A stretch of DNA of 57,069 nt from Alloascoidea hylecoeti (Eukaryota). The stretch spans positions 1 through 57,069 of the forward strand of contig BCKZ01000045.1 of NCBI GenBank assembly GCA_001600815.1, read 5' to 3'. The notes beneath the pieces were generated by a model, which worked only from the letters and a program-made list of their open reading frames with translations, had not been told where the DNA came from and searched no databases. Shown in pieces: positions 1 through 11,573 of the stretch; position 1 is the first letter of the stretch; each line of letters opens with the position of its first letter. The position numbers and the translations under genes were made by a program.

Positions 1-616
1 TTGTGGATTTTGACTGTAAAAACGGATATTCCTCTTGTTGTAAACTGCAAATATCCACGATGAGATTTGAAACGGAATTGGATTCCATTGTTTTATTAGC
101 AGTTATGTCTCTAAGTAGAAACATATGGATCTTTTCTAAATTCTTAAAGCATTTGCTTTGGAAAAGAGCCATAGAGACTACTCTTCTGGATAACAAATTT
201 AAACCAGGTAAAGAACGTTTCAACCAGTTGATCAAAGTTCTAAATTCTTGTATAGATTTAATAAATCTAGTGTTGAGCAATTGATTGAATAATTGCATTT
301 GGAAGATAGTTTGTTCAGTATCTTTCGTTCCTTTGNAGAAGAAATAATCTAAGAAATCNTGTCTTGATTTAATAGAATCTTTAATGNATGTGTAATCTGT
401 GAAAACATTGTCTTCTTCACATTGATGACACACGACACTAGCAGCAATGAAATAGTCAGGGTCCGGAGGTAATTCTAAGATGAATTTCTTGATGGACATC
501 AATAATTTGGGACGCTGTTGTAGTGGCGTGGATAATGACCATCCTTCGAGTGTAGAAGAGTGAGTAAAATACTCTTTCTGAAGGTTTTTTTGTGTAGCAG
601 ATAGTTTAGTGGTCAT
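1..616 (-). CDS. Putative Gag of the left-edge LTR element (partial, at least 205 aa)
   Basis: Manual translation from ATG 616 (MTTKLSATQKNLQKEYF...EEYPFLQSKST) is open to position 1. It is absent from the ORF track because no stop lies in the window. Called Gag from its position just after the PBS. Confidence 0.6.
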   Translation of the reverse strand, partial: MTTKLSATQKNLQKEYFTHSSTLEGWSLSTPLQQRPKLLMSIKKFILELPPDPDYFIAASVVCHQCEEDNVFTDYTXIKDSIKSRXDFLDYFFXKGTKDTEQTIFQMQLFNQLLNTRFIKSIQEFRTLINWLKRSLPGLNLLSRRVVSMALFQSKCFKNLEKIHMFLLRDITANKTMESNSVSNLIVDICSLQQEEYPFLQSKST

Positions 617-1042
617 AATTATCTTTTGTGTAGCAGTATTAGGATCAATAATAAGCTCGGCCCCCATGTAAGGATATAGCGATAATTTAGCTGAAGTGAA
701 AATAACTTATCTTATAAAAAGAGGAAACTACTTACTATTTATATAGGCTTTCATAGCCGGGTAGCTATACTTTAAGTTACAATTGATACCTGAGAACCTG
801 ACAGTATTAGTTTAATATTACAATTTAAAACTATATATAATACATGCTATACCAGCTTAATGTGAAATGAGATTAGGTTAATTAAGATAATATAACACAC
901 TATTTAAGGCTAAGATGAGTCTAGGCTTGGGGTTATTAAAGCATAAACGATGTGAGGCTAACTCCATTGATGATGTTTCATCTCATTGTCATTGATCCTT
1001 GCTTCATCTCATTATGTCAGTTGTGAAGATTAACAAATTACA
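1..1042 (-). mobile_element. 5' part of an LTR retrotransposon (LTR about 667-1042, PBS 655-666, gag running off the left edge)
   Basis: A TGTAA...TTACA-bounded segment (667 to about 1042) directly abuts TGGGGGCCGAGC on the minus strand, which is complementary to a tRNA-like ...GCTCGGCCC-CCA 3' end. A long ORF starts about 40 nt further on. The N bases suggest multicopy sequence. The outer LTR boundary is uncertain (1035 or 1042). Confidence 0.7.
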
Positions 1043-1719
1043 ATCCCAGTTGTAGATGATATTTCTCTGAATAGTAGCCGTAAATATTTTAGTGATTCCT
1101 CAAAATTTGATAATATAATATTAATTCATGTAGTAGAATACTAAAAAAACAACTGGTAACGTGGAAATAAATATCAAAATCTAGGAGGTTTCCATAAACT
1201 TCCATGTACTCTTTAGGCCTACTTACTCTTTAATTTGAAAGGTGTTTTATACTTAAGAGATATTAGTTATACGTAAGGCAATAAAAACATGGTTATAATG
1301 ATAGTGTTTATTTGTCGTGTACGGTATCTTAGTGAAATATAAGTAACACAATATTTGATGAGGCAGTGTAGGCAACCATAGTACACAATAATACACGCCG
1401 TGTTATCGGACTCCACTTACTAACTACAGGTAACTAGAAATATACGTGAATTGTTTAGCTATAGGAAGTGAAGAATATCAACAACATCTGATATTCTCGT
1501 TTTGGCTGTGCTTAGTTATTAATTTATCAGGTCTAGCGTACAATTGGGAGAACAATTCATCCCCGTGTCTTAATCAACAATACGTCCACTTAGATATAAT
1601 TATCATCATTAATCAAACCTAGTGTTCACTTCATCAGCACCCTTTACATGTTTCCAAGGTCCAAAATAAATTCTATTAATTATCATTAGGTAGGGAGCGT
1701 TTGTTACTATGTAGTAAAA

Positions 1720-2976
1720 TTAAAAATATTTTAAATACTTTTTTCTTAAACCTTCAGTAAAATCAAAAATAATGAGATCACATTCTGTAGTAAAAGCTAT
1801 TCTTTTCGAATCGATATAAACTGATGAAACAGGACTTGAAGATAATCTATATTCTTTTAATAACTTCTGATCATCTAAATTCCGAATTTTAATAGTACCA
1901 GCATCATCAACAGAAATGAATCTATTATTATTTATACATAAACTATATACTCTTCGATCTGATAGTATATTTATTAATTTATTTGATTGTAAATCCCAAA
2001 TTGTTATTTTGTCGTATTCACTAACAAAAAAGTATTGATCCTTTACTACGATGCAACCTACTTCATCCAATTGAAATTCCTGGATTCTTTGACCAGTTTC
2101 AATATTGATTGTTATTACAGCGTTATATCTAGCACCATATATAATACCATCACGAATGCAAATATTATTAATGGGGCGATTTTCTTTTAAACGGTGTTGT
2201 AAATTAAATTGTAATTGGTGCTCAGAATTTTCAAAATTTGATTTCCAAACTCCAATGTAGCCATCCCCAGTACAGCATACAATATAATCATTGTATATAG
2301 CGACATCATTTATAAATAAACCAGGACCTATTTCTCCTGGTAATATCAATCGATCTATAGGTTCAAAATCTGGTAATGTCCATATTATACATGATCCATC
2401 CCATGAACCAGAAACCAAATATTTGTCATTAATTTCCATACAACTAACTTCACTCAAATGAAATTTGATATCGATATCTTTTGTTAATTCTAATATTTCA
2501 ATTGCGGATAAATTTTCTCTTAAAATCTGAAGATTTGGAGCACCTAATTGTTTTAAAATCTCAAAATTTGGTTCACCCAATACTTTTATACATTGAAAAG
2601 TGTCACTATCCCAAATTCTTATTGTACAACCTGCTAAGCCATTGAAAATCCAGTTTTTAAAGAATTTAACACAAAATGCCTTATAAGGATCACTAAATTT
2701 ATACCGTGTAAATCTATCATTTTTCCAGTTTAATTTTAAAAGATAACGTTCTTTGTATAATTCATACCATGAATCGGTTTCTGAATCATCATCAATTTTA
2801 TAGTATTTCCATGATTTTTGATCTTCAAACTTTGATTTCCATATATAATCATTATCAGCTATTTGTTTCCATGATTTAGATACTCTTCTACAATTAAGTA
2901 AAGTTTTTGGTGCCAAACCTAAAAAGATTATTTGAGATATTTCAACAGGGAGATCGGAAACTAAATCAATTGACAT
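1720..2976 (-). CDS. F-box/WD40-repeat protein (paralog 1)
   Basis: N-terminal F-box (LPVEISQIIF...LLNCRRVSKSWKQIADNDYIWK) followed by WD40 repeats (YLVSGSWDGSCIIW, TIRIWDS). The first ATG is at 2976; the ORF track extends to a TTG at 3015. Confidence 0.88.
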   Translation of the reverse strand: MSIDLVSDLPVEISQIIFLGLAPKTLLNCRRVSKSWKQIADNDYIWKSKFEDQKSWKYYKIDDDSETDSWYELYKERYLLKLNWKNDRFTRYKFSDPYKAFCVKFFKNWIFNGLAGCTIRIWDSDTFQCIKVLGEPNFEILKQLGAPNLQILRENLSAIEILELTKDIDIKFHLSEVSCMEINDKYLVSGSWDGSCIIWTLPDFEPIDRLILPGEIGPGLFINDVAIYNDYIVCCTGDGYIGVWKSNFENSEHQLQFNLQHRLKENRPINNICIRDGIIYGARYNAVITINIETGQRIQEFQLDEVGCIVVKDQYFFVSEYDKITIWDLQSNKLINILSDRRVYSLCINNNRFISVDDAGTIKIRNLDDQKLLKEYRLSSSPVSSVYIDSKRIAFTTECDLIIFDFTEGLRKKYLKYF

Positions 2977-3377
2977 CTCAAGATTTTTTTGTAAGGAGAT
3001 GTTGCAATTGCTCAAATGGTTGTGGTTAATTAGTAGTTACGTTGCCGTGGTTAATAACAACAACAGCCTAGGGGGAAAGTACCAAAATTATAGGTCTTGA
3101 TAGTAGCTTTGATAGCAATAGAAATCAAAGCCAATAGTGCTATTAGTAGGAATATTTGTTTCTATTAATAGCTGTTAGTATCAGAAGCAGCAGTTTATGT
3201 TATAAAAAGTATAAATAGGTTAATGTTAGCGAGAAAGGAGGGAAGAACAAGTTTTAAAATAAGTTAAAAGATTTAGTAGAATTCAACTACTTATAAGATT
3301 GAAATAAAGGTGATACTCAGTTAAGTTCAATAATTACCTACTGAAAGATCACATTAGTGGCTCCCACAGTTTTTTTC

Positions 3378-3984
3378 TTAAATCCTTAGTAAAATCACAA
3401 ATAACAAGTTCATATTCTCTAGTATACAAGTTCCATCCCGTGAACCAAAAACCAAATATTTGTCATTAATATCAACACATTTTATTGTATCCCAATGAAA
3501 TTTATTACCAGAATCACTTGTTAATTTTAATTCACGAAAAACCCTTCGCAAGGTTCTCAAATACTCAGAAATTGGTTTACCTAAAACTCTTACATTCAAG
3601 AGTTTCAATATTCCAAATTCTTATTGTACCATCGTATGAACCAGTTACAATCCAGTTTTTAAAATATTTAACACAAGATACGTCGGCGGTTCCACAACTT
3701 AACTTATGCTGTATAAAATTATCACTTTTCCAATTCAAATCTAAAAGATATCGTTCTTTATATAATTTATACCATGAATCGATTTCTAAATCATCATTAT
3801 TATATTCCCAGGATTCATGATCTTGAAACTTTGTTTTCCATATATCATCATCATCAGCTACTTGTTTCCATGGTTTAGCTACCCCTCTACAATTAAGTAA
3901 AGATTTTGGTCGCAATTGTTTGAAGATTAAAACATTTATTTCATCAGGGAAATAATCTACAAAATCGATTTCAGTCTCAAACAT
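3378..3984 (-). pseudogene. F-box/WD40 pseudogene (paralog 2)
   Basis: The F-box and first WD repeat are intact (3984 to about 3600). A frameshift follows, and then a large internal deletion joining GSRDGTCI to the C-terminal CDFTKDLRKK motif shared with the paralogs. Confidence 0.85.
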
Positions 3985-5297
3985 CACGTGTGAGGAGATG
4001 ACAATTAAAATGGTTCTTGTTTATGTTGTGTACTTTACGAATGTAGATTTGTAAAAGAATGCCGTTAAATTTCTATCCAGTTAAAATGAATAATTTTTTT
4101 ATATATTGGGCATTCTTTCAATGCTCTTTTATCTCAGCATTGCTCACAGTGACCACATCTTCGAAACCCTAAACCCTTACGTCTTCGTATCTGAAAGCAC
4201 ATGCTCATATAACCTTTGTTGTGCCTCGCCGTAATTGATTACTAGAGAAAGTGGAGGAATTGGCTACTTCATATACATTCTTTCAATACACCTTTTGCCA
4301 TTGACTAGGAAAATAACAAACTAGTACCTTGATTGTTTGAGCTTGTTTTGCCGCAAATATAATACTTTTTAAGTGAGATACTAGTTTTAAGAGTCTATAT
4401 AAACGACCTATTACTATATCCGATTACAAGTAGCTTAGACATAGACCAATCAAGTCTATATCATTTTCTTATATTATTTGGAAAACTCTTAGTCTGTAGT
4501 TCATTTATATTAATCTTTTTGTTTGTATTCACTCTTGGGTACGACACCTTATATCTTCCACTGGCCTATTATAAACTGTTCCCATCGTCTCTATTCCACA
4601 ATGGGCAAACATTGCAATTGACAATAATCTTGAATATTATTGATACATTTATAGCTAAAGAGTGTGTAATTATAGGGAGCCTCGCTTCTTTCTCAGAATA
4701 CCATTTATGATTCTGATGTCTTCTATGATTAGCAAACTTGTGAATCCTTTGGGACGAGATCAGCACAGGGTGTTGGCGTTTGAAATTCTAATGGATATGT
4801 AACAATGACAGAATCAGCTAATTTTTTATTGACTATTCATTTAGTATAAAATAATATATAATAGATCGTTTTAATTTATTAAAGATCCTTTTTGACCCGT
4901 AGTCAAAGCCGGAAGTGTTTTGATAAAGCTTACGTGAAAACATATATCAACAACTTCTAATATTTAAGATTTTCATATCCACATTATTGAGTATCTCTTT
5001 TACTGAATTGGATCTAATTTATAATCGCTAGATTCTTTGATTCACACATGTATGCCTTAGCTAACACAATCCACCTGCAGTTCCCCCATTTACGAATATC
5101 ATTATTAGTCCAACTTAGTACGATAGTGCTTTAGTTCATGTGCTAGCCCTAATTCATCAACTGCCTCTATATTTTTACTATCATCATTAGGCTGAGAGTT
5201 TTGCCAGTCCAGCTCCATTTATATACTTCTAATGTACAGAATAAATATTAGGTATTATCATGATTATTAAGTAGATAGGCTTTTGGTACTAGTTAGA

Positions 5298-6548
5298 TTA
5301 TATATGTTTTAAGTATTTTTTCCTTAAATTCTTAGTGAAATCATAAATAATAATATCAGCTCCAATAGTTAGAATAACCATTCTTTTTGAATCAAAATAA
5401 ACTGATGAAATAGGACTTGTATCTAATTTTTTATATTCATTTAATAATTTTTGATCATTTAAACTACGAATCCTAATAGTATCATCACAATCAATAGAAA
5501 TGATTCTATTATCATTTACACATAATTCGAATACCAATTTATCTGAAAAAGTACTTATCACTTTATTTGATTGTAAATCCAAAATCTTAATTGTGTCGTA
5601 TTCACCAACAAAAAAACATTGATCCTTTACTGCCATGCATGCTACAAAATGATTTCGAAATTCTTTGATCATTTGACCACTTTCAATATTCCAGGATGTT
5701 ATAATATTATGGGCTTCAGCATATATAATATCATCTTGAATGCAAACATTATTAATGGATTTGAACTCATCTCCTTTTAAACAGTGTAGTAAATTAAACT
5801 GTATTTGATGTTCAGAATTATCAAGATTTGATTTCCAAACCCCGATATAACCAAAGTCATCAGAACATACAATATAATCATTGTATAAAGTGACATCAGT
5901 TATAGTTTTAAGAAACTCTCTTCCTCCTGATATGAACAAAAGATCTATTGGTTTAAAATCTGATAATCTCCAAATTATACAAGTTCCATCCCATGAACCA
6001 GAAACCAAATATTTGTCATTAATATCAACACAACTTATTGTATCCGAATGAAATATATTATCGGAATCTATTGCTAATTCTAAATCTTCCATTGGCAAAT
6101 CTTTTCTCATATCCTCAGGAATTGATTCACCTAAAACTCTTAAACATTTAAGAGTTTCACTGTCCCAAATTTGTATTGTACAATCTTCCGAACCAGTTAT
6201 AATCCAATTTTTAAAACATTTAACACAAAATATTTCGAAATCATCCCTTAACTTATGCTGTGTAAATATATCATTTTTCCAATTATATTCTAAAAGATAA
6301 CGTTCTTTATATAATTCATACCAAGAATCAGTTTCTGAATCTTCATTATGATATTCCCAAGATTTTTGATCCTGAAACTTTGATTTCCATATATAATCAT
6401 TTTCAGCTATTTGTTTCCATGATTTAGATACTCCTTTACAAGTAAGTAAAGTTTTTGGTCGCATTTCTTTGAAAATTAAATTATTTATTTCATATGGAAA
6501 ATATTCAACAAAATTGATAGAAGTCTCAAAATTCATGTTTGAGGACAT
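5298..6548 (-). CDS. F-box/WD40-repeat protein (paralog 3)
   Basis: 416-aa ORF collinear with 1720-2976: F-box, WIITGSEDCTIQIWD, YLVSGSWDGTCIIW, C-terminal DFTKNLRKKYLK. Confidence 0.9.
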   Translation of the reverse strand: MSSNMNFETSINFVEYFPYEINNLIFKEMRPKTLLTCKGVSKSWKQIAENDYIWKSKFQDQKSWEYHNEDSETDSWYELYKERYLLEYNWKNDIFTQHKLRDDFEIFCVKCFKNWIITGSEDCTIQIWDSETLKCLRVLGESIPEDMRKDLPMEDLELAIDSDNIFHSDTISCVDINDKYLVSGSWDGTCIIWRLSDFKPIDLLFISGGREFLKTITDVTLYNDYIVCSDDFGYIGVWKSNLDNSEHQIQFNLLHCLKGDEFKSINNVCIQDDIIYAEAHNIITSWNIESGQMIKEFRNHFVACMAVKDQCFFVGEYDTIKILDLQSNKVISTFSDKLVFELCVNDNRIISIDCDDTIRIRSLNDQKLLNEYKKLDTSPISSVYFDSKRMVILTIGADIIIYDFTKNLRKKYLKHI

Positions 6549-8061
6549 AAAAATGATTGTCGTTTATGTACTGTTGTTGATATACAAATCAAGATAAAAA
6601 TTGGTAAAAGTATATGATGAATAATTACTTAATATTTTTGTAGAAGTTACCTGAAGTCCATACTTCTCTTTATCTTAGGATCAAAGAAAAAATTAAAAAA
6701 ATTCTAGTCTCAACATTGCTCTCTGGTCACAACATCTTCGAAACCTTAAATACAATAGTGCGTAAGCTCAATCCGTACCTGCGTCTTCGTAACATATAAA
6801 CTGTTCTCTACTCCCATACAATTTTATCTTACATATGTATCGCTAATACAACTCTCTAAAGTCTAGATCCTACTCTGAACTATTATTTGCTAAGTTCATC
6901 ACCTTTGACCTTTTCTTTTAAGTCTGCTAAATAATCCCGTGATGGACGGTCAAGTTACCCTCCCTTACCCATATGACCTCCCATCTTCGCGGTCCGAAGT
7001 GTTCCCATTTCAATAAACATTTTCTTACCTTTGAATCATAATTTTTTTTATACAATAGACAAAAATTGATGAAACTCCCAAATAGTATTTTATTGAAGTT
7101 TTATCTACAACCATAATATTCTCTATATGATTGCTTATCCTTTGGGATGATATCACTATGTAAAGTAAATGAAATTAGAGATAGAACGTCGAGAAAGTAC
7201 TATTTGGTTTGGATGTATTAGAGTAACATTCCGTGGGGAGTTTTCATTATTGGTGCTAAAGGTATAAAGAAGCTGGATTCATATATAGATGGTGTTTCCT
7301 ATAGGTCTGTGGAATCAATGGTTAATAATTACTCTGATGAAAGAGTTCTGTTAACTATTTTGTACCTCAAATATTCCATTCATGTTACATTGCAACCTTA
7401 GTTCTTCAGAAAGTTTGATAAAAGAGGCCAGAATGTTTTCAATATTTAAATTCATTCTTGACATTTGGGATAATTTGGATAGTTAACGCTGGAAATATTG
7501 TTCATACTCCTATGTATAGGTTTTCTAACGACAGAGAAAAGCAAAAACTTCAGTTTCCGTTTTATGAGGACTCAATTTCAACTTTGTGTTAATTAAGAAT
7601 GTTCATGTTTTGTTAAAAAATAAATCTGAATCTAGATAATTATGAATTTGTTTTACTTAGTTAAATCTTTTGTATAATTGGGATAAAGTTACTCTTCATC
7701 ATATTTATCACTATGTTTGATTAATTCTCTTTATATCCTTCTATGAGTCTAAAATAAATATTATATATTGTATCAAAATTAGGTAGAGAATTTCTGTTAT
7801 AAGCACTATATCTATTAACGGAGACAATTTGCTTTTCGACTATGAAAAACCACCTGTTATAGTACTATGTAATAAGTTGACTAATATTGTGAAGTTAGTT
7901 TATAATGAAAATATAAATGTAATTGAGTTTTATTCACAACATGGAGGTGGTTCATGGTTTAAATCGTAAAGTTAATTTACTAAAATATATAAAGCTAAAT
8001 ATTTTTAAATTCACTAGTAGTTACAATATCGATATATAAAATAAAAAAAAAAAAGTATAAT

Positions 8062-9165
8062 TTAACCTCTAATAACGGGATCAATTGGAATTCCTTCATA
8101 TTCACCATATTTCAAAGCTAAATTAATATTCTGTAAACATTGAGTAGCAGCACCTTTTAATAAATTATCAATTGTTGCAACAATAACAACTCTATCTTGT
8201 TTTGAATTAACACCAAAACCACCAATAACAACCCCATGTTTCCCACTAATATCTTTAACGTATGGTGCTTCACCAGTAACAGTAATTAATTTTTCATTAA
8301 AATATTCTTCTTGATAAATATTTCTAATATCTCTTGAAGTTAATTTTTCATTTAATGGAATTGAAATTGTATGAGAAATTCCTTGAAACCATGAAGCAAC
8401 ATGAGGAGTAAAAGAAACTTGTTTACCTAATTGTGATGAAATTTCATGTTCATGAATATGATCAGTTAATGAATAAGGAATTAAATTATCTTTTAAAAAA
8501 TTTGGATCATTTTTGGGGGATGGCTTTGTACCCGCACCACTATAACCAGAGATACCAAAAATTGAAGGAGTTTCACGGATATAATTAATTAATGGAGCAA
8601 TTGCTAATTGAGCGGCAGTTGCATAACAACCAGGATTTGAAATTTTTCTAGAATTTGAAATTTTTAATCGATCATTTAATTCAGGTAATCCATAAGTCCA
8701 AGTATTTGTATCATCAAATCTATAATCAGCAGATAAATCAATAATAATAGATTTTTTATTTTCTTTAATTTCATCAATTGCATTAACAAATGGTTTACAA
8801 ACACCATTTGGTAATGCCATAACCCAAATATCAATATCACCTTTTGTTTCTAATTTTTTAATATCCTCAACTTGTAAATTTTCGTAAATTATTTTAGATT
8901 TATTATAACCTTTTAATTCTTGGCCAACTAATTCTCTTGATGAGACATGGGCGATTTCTAAATATGGATGAGTATTGATTAAACTAATTAAATTTTGGCC
9001 AGTATAACCTCTTGCACCAATTAACGCGACTTTAGATTTTTTGTTATTTGAACCTGTTTCCAACGGAGGATTTGGACCAGTATTCAAGGATCTAAATAGC
9101 AAAGGCTTGATAAATAGACCCTGTTTAAGGTGTTTTTGTGGTAATGATTTAAAAGACGCCAACAT
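8062..9165 (-). CDS. ARG5: N-acetyl-gamma-glutamyl-phosphate reductase (stand-alone Arg5/ArgC domain) with a mitochondrial-type presequence
   Basis: Motifs KVALIGARGYTG, IDLSADYR, ISNPGCYAT, GISGYSGAG and DNLLKGAATQ. The N-terminus is basic and lacks acidic residues. An in-frame TAG lies 13 codons upstream of the ATG. Confidence 0.92.
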   Translation of the reverse strand: MLASFKSLPQKHLKQGLFIKPLLFRSLNTGPNPPLETGSNNKKSKVALIGARGYTGQNLISLINTHPYLEIAHVSSRELVGQELKGYNKSKIIYENLQVEDIKKLETKGDIDIWVMALPNGVCKPFVNAIDEIKENKKSIIIDLSADYRFDDTNTWTYGLPELNDRLKISNSRKISNPGCYATAAQLAIAPLINYIRETPSIFGISGYSGAGTKPSPKNDPNFLKDNLIPYSLTDHIHEHEISSQLGKQVSFTPHVASWFQGISHTISIPLNEKLTSRDIRNIYQEEYFNEKLITVTGEAPYVKDISGKHGVVIGGFGVNSKQDRVVIVATIDNLLKGAATQCLQNINLALKYGEYEGIPIDPVIRG

Positions 9166-9214
9166 TTGAAGAGGACGGGGACTAAATGGCTTCTTTTTCC
9201 ACTATGGAGACCGG

Positions 9215-9437
9215 TCACGTGCGGTGTTAGTCATACTTCCAGCAAATGAAATAACTTTACTTTTTTAAGTACTTTAAAAGATTTGGTTGAACGTGATGTA
9301 ACCTGGTACAATCCCGTACTGTTCTCTCAATGCTGCGATAACTTCGCCACCGAACTTGTAGGACAACAGAAGTCGCCATAGTGAACAACATAGTGAACAA
9401 CATAGTGAACAATGCTTATCGACCGAGCCCACGTGAC
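9215..9437. promoter_or_regulatory. Divergent promoter between ARG5 and the bZIP gene, with Cbf1-like and Gcn4-like motifs
   Basis: GTCACGTG at about 9214 and CACGTGAC at about 9430 (Cbf1 consensus); minus-strand ATGACTAA at about 9227-9234 (Gcn4-like variant). Confidence 0.4.
9377..9412 (+). repeat. 12-bp tandem repeat (CATAGTGAACAA)x3
   Basis: Three exact copies read directly from the sequence. Confidence 0.9.
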
Positions 9438-9615
9438 CCGTGCTTAACGAATGTGGAAAACTCAAAGGCACATGGAATTTAATACTAATGTTCCTGTTTA
9501 TGTTCCTGTTTATTTTATTCACACCACTCCATTTTCCATATCTACAGTGTATTCGTATTCGCTCGGGAACACAGACAATACAAATACCACAACAATAACC
9601 AGCGTGTTCCAGATC

Positions 9616-11277
9616 ATGTCTAGCTCTCAAATGTATCATGATGAGTATGGTGATTTAACTTCCCAACAATTTCTTGTAAATGGAAACATCGGCAACTTTA
9701 ATGGTGAAGTACCAATATCTGGTTTATCAAAAGAAGCATTGTCCCACTCGAAAAGAGCAAGGGCCGAGAGTTTAAGCACCGAGAATGAAAGTCAGGCTCA
9801 TCATAATGAAAAGTCGAAACATATCAATCATACTTCAAAGAAGCGACCAAGGGGGAGACCGAAGATAATACGAAGTGGGCAAGAAGCTCTAGATGTAAGT
9901 TATTTTTATTTCGTTTATTCGAATATATATTTGTTAAACTGTGGTTTTGAGATTTGTTCTTGATTTTTAACATGGATCATTTAGAATAGAAGAGCACAAA
10001 TTAGAAAAGCACAAAAAGCATATCGATTAAAAAAAGAAAAATCTGCAAATGAAAGTTTACATCGTATTGAATTTTTAGAAGAAAGAATTAAATCAATTTA
10101 TAAATCAATTAATAAATTTAATGAAAATGCAAAATCATTAAGTATTAAACAATCAGCAAATGATGATTCTTTCACATTTTCTGAACTTTTAAAACAATTT
10201 AAAAATGAAGTTGATTATGAAATTAAAAAAATACATTTTAAAAAGAATAATGAAAATGAAAATGAAAATGAAAATGAAAGTGAAAATGAAAACAGGAATA
10301 ATGATAATCATTATAGTAGTGGTAGTAGAGAATCATCATCACCTAGTTCTATTAGTTATTTTAATTCATTAGATTGTACTGATCAAGATATGCCACAATC
10401 TATGGATAGTACAAGTATATCGGGAAATAATCTTGAATCATTATTAGGGATGGATAAGAGTCGTTTTCCAAATACAAATTTAACCCCACAATCTCAATCT
10501 CAATCGCAACCACAATCAATACCAATTATAACATCAAATTTCAACAACTTTTTAAACAATAAATCTTGTAATGATATTAATTTTGATCCAAATATTGAAT
10601 ATCATTTACAATTACAATCACAACCACCAGTTAATTCAACAATAAATAATGAATGTTGTTCTCAAGTATGTAATGATATTATATCACCAACATATCAATT
10701 AATTCAATCAAATAATAAGGAAATTACAAAAAAATATGTTAATAATATGTTAATTGATTTTCAAAATGAAAATAATATACCATCATCAATGATTAATTTT
10801 CAATCTATTGAAATTCGAAATGAAAAAAAATTATTATTAGAAGCTTTTCAAGCAGTTAATTCAATTATAATTGATAAATCATTACCATATTCATTTTCTT
10901 TCAGATTAGTTAAATTTACAATAATGAGAGGTTTAGAAGTTATGTTAAGTGGTCATAGTTACCTTCTAGAAGAAAAATTTCCTGATTTATCTTCTGATTA
11001 TTTAATTAAAACAAAATTAGCAAATGCTTTAATTTATTCAACTAAAAAATTTATACTACAATGGATTGGTATTAATAAAATTAATCAACAAAATTCAACT
11101 GATTTTATTAGTGCTTGGAATGTTCAAAAAATTTTAGAAAAAGATGGAAGATTTGATGATTATGATGAATCTATTGTTTTTCCAATATTAATTAAAACTG
11201 CTTGTATTTATGGGTTAATGATTTGGTATAAGGTTGAAAGTGTTCAATTATCAATGTTTATTGGGAAAAAAATGTAA
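9616..11277 (+). CDS. AT-hook + bZIP transcription factor, two exons (9616-9894, 9985-11277)
   Basis: A 90-nt intron GTAAGT(9895)...TTTAAC...TTAG(9984) joins KKRPRGRPK...EALD in frame to NRRAQIRKAQKAYRLKKE (bZIP basic region), which runs into ORF 10390-11277. Confidence 0.8.
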
Positions 11278-11573
11278 TATGTATAACTATAGTAGTAAAT
11301 AATTTATATAAAAATGTTAATATATAAGTAATTTCTATTTACATTGTAAAGCTACTGAATTTAATTATAGAAATCAATATCATTATCCAGTGAAACAAAA
11401 TCTTTTGCTACTGTACCAGGATGAAATATTAATATAAAACTCCTAGGCCTACAACTAGCAGCAGCACCCTTAGACATCATATATTATAACACTATTCGTC
11501 AAAATCAATTCCAATATCTATAAGAAGTATAGTAATGTTAACAAAATTTTCAATTGCAACAATCTTCAAAAAT

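Noticed and set aside
3..284. 93-aa plus-strand ORF
   Set aside because: It is the antisense shadow of the longer minus-strand gag-like frame.
7060..7560. Coding-like stretch with KIDETP (pogo DDE-like)
   Set aside because: Only one short motif amid many stops, which is not enough to call a transposase.
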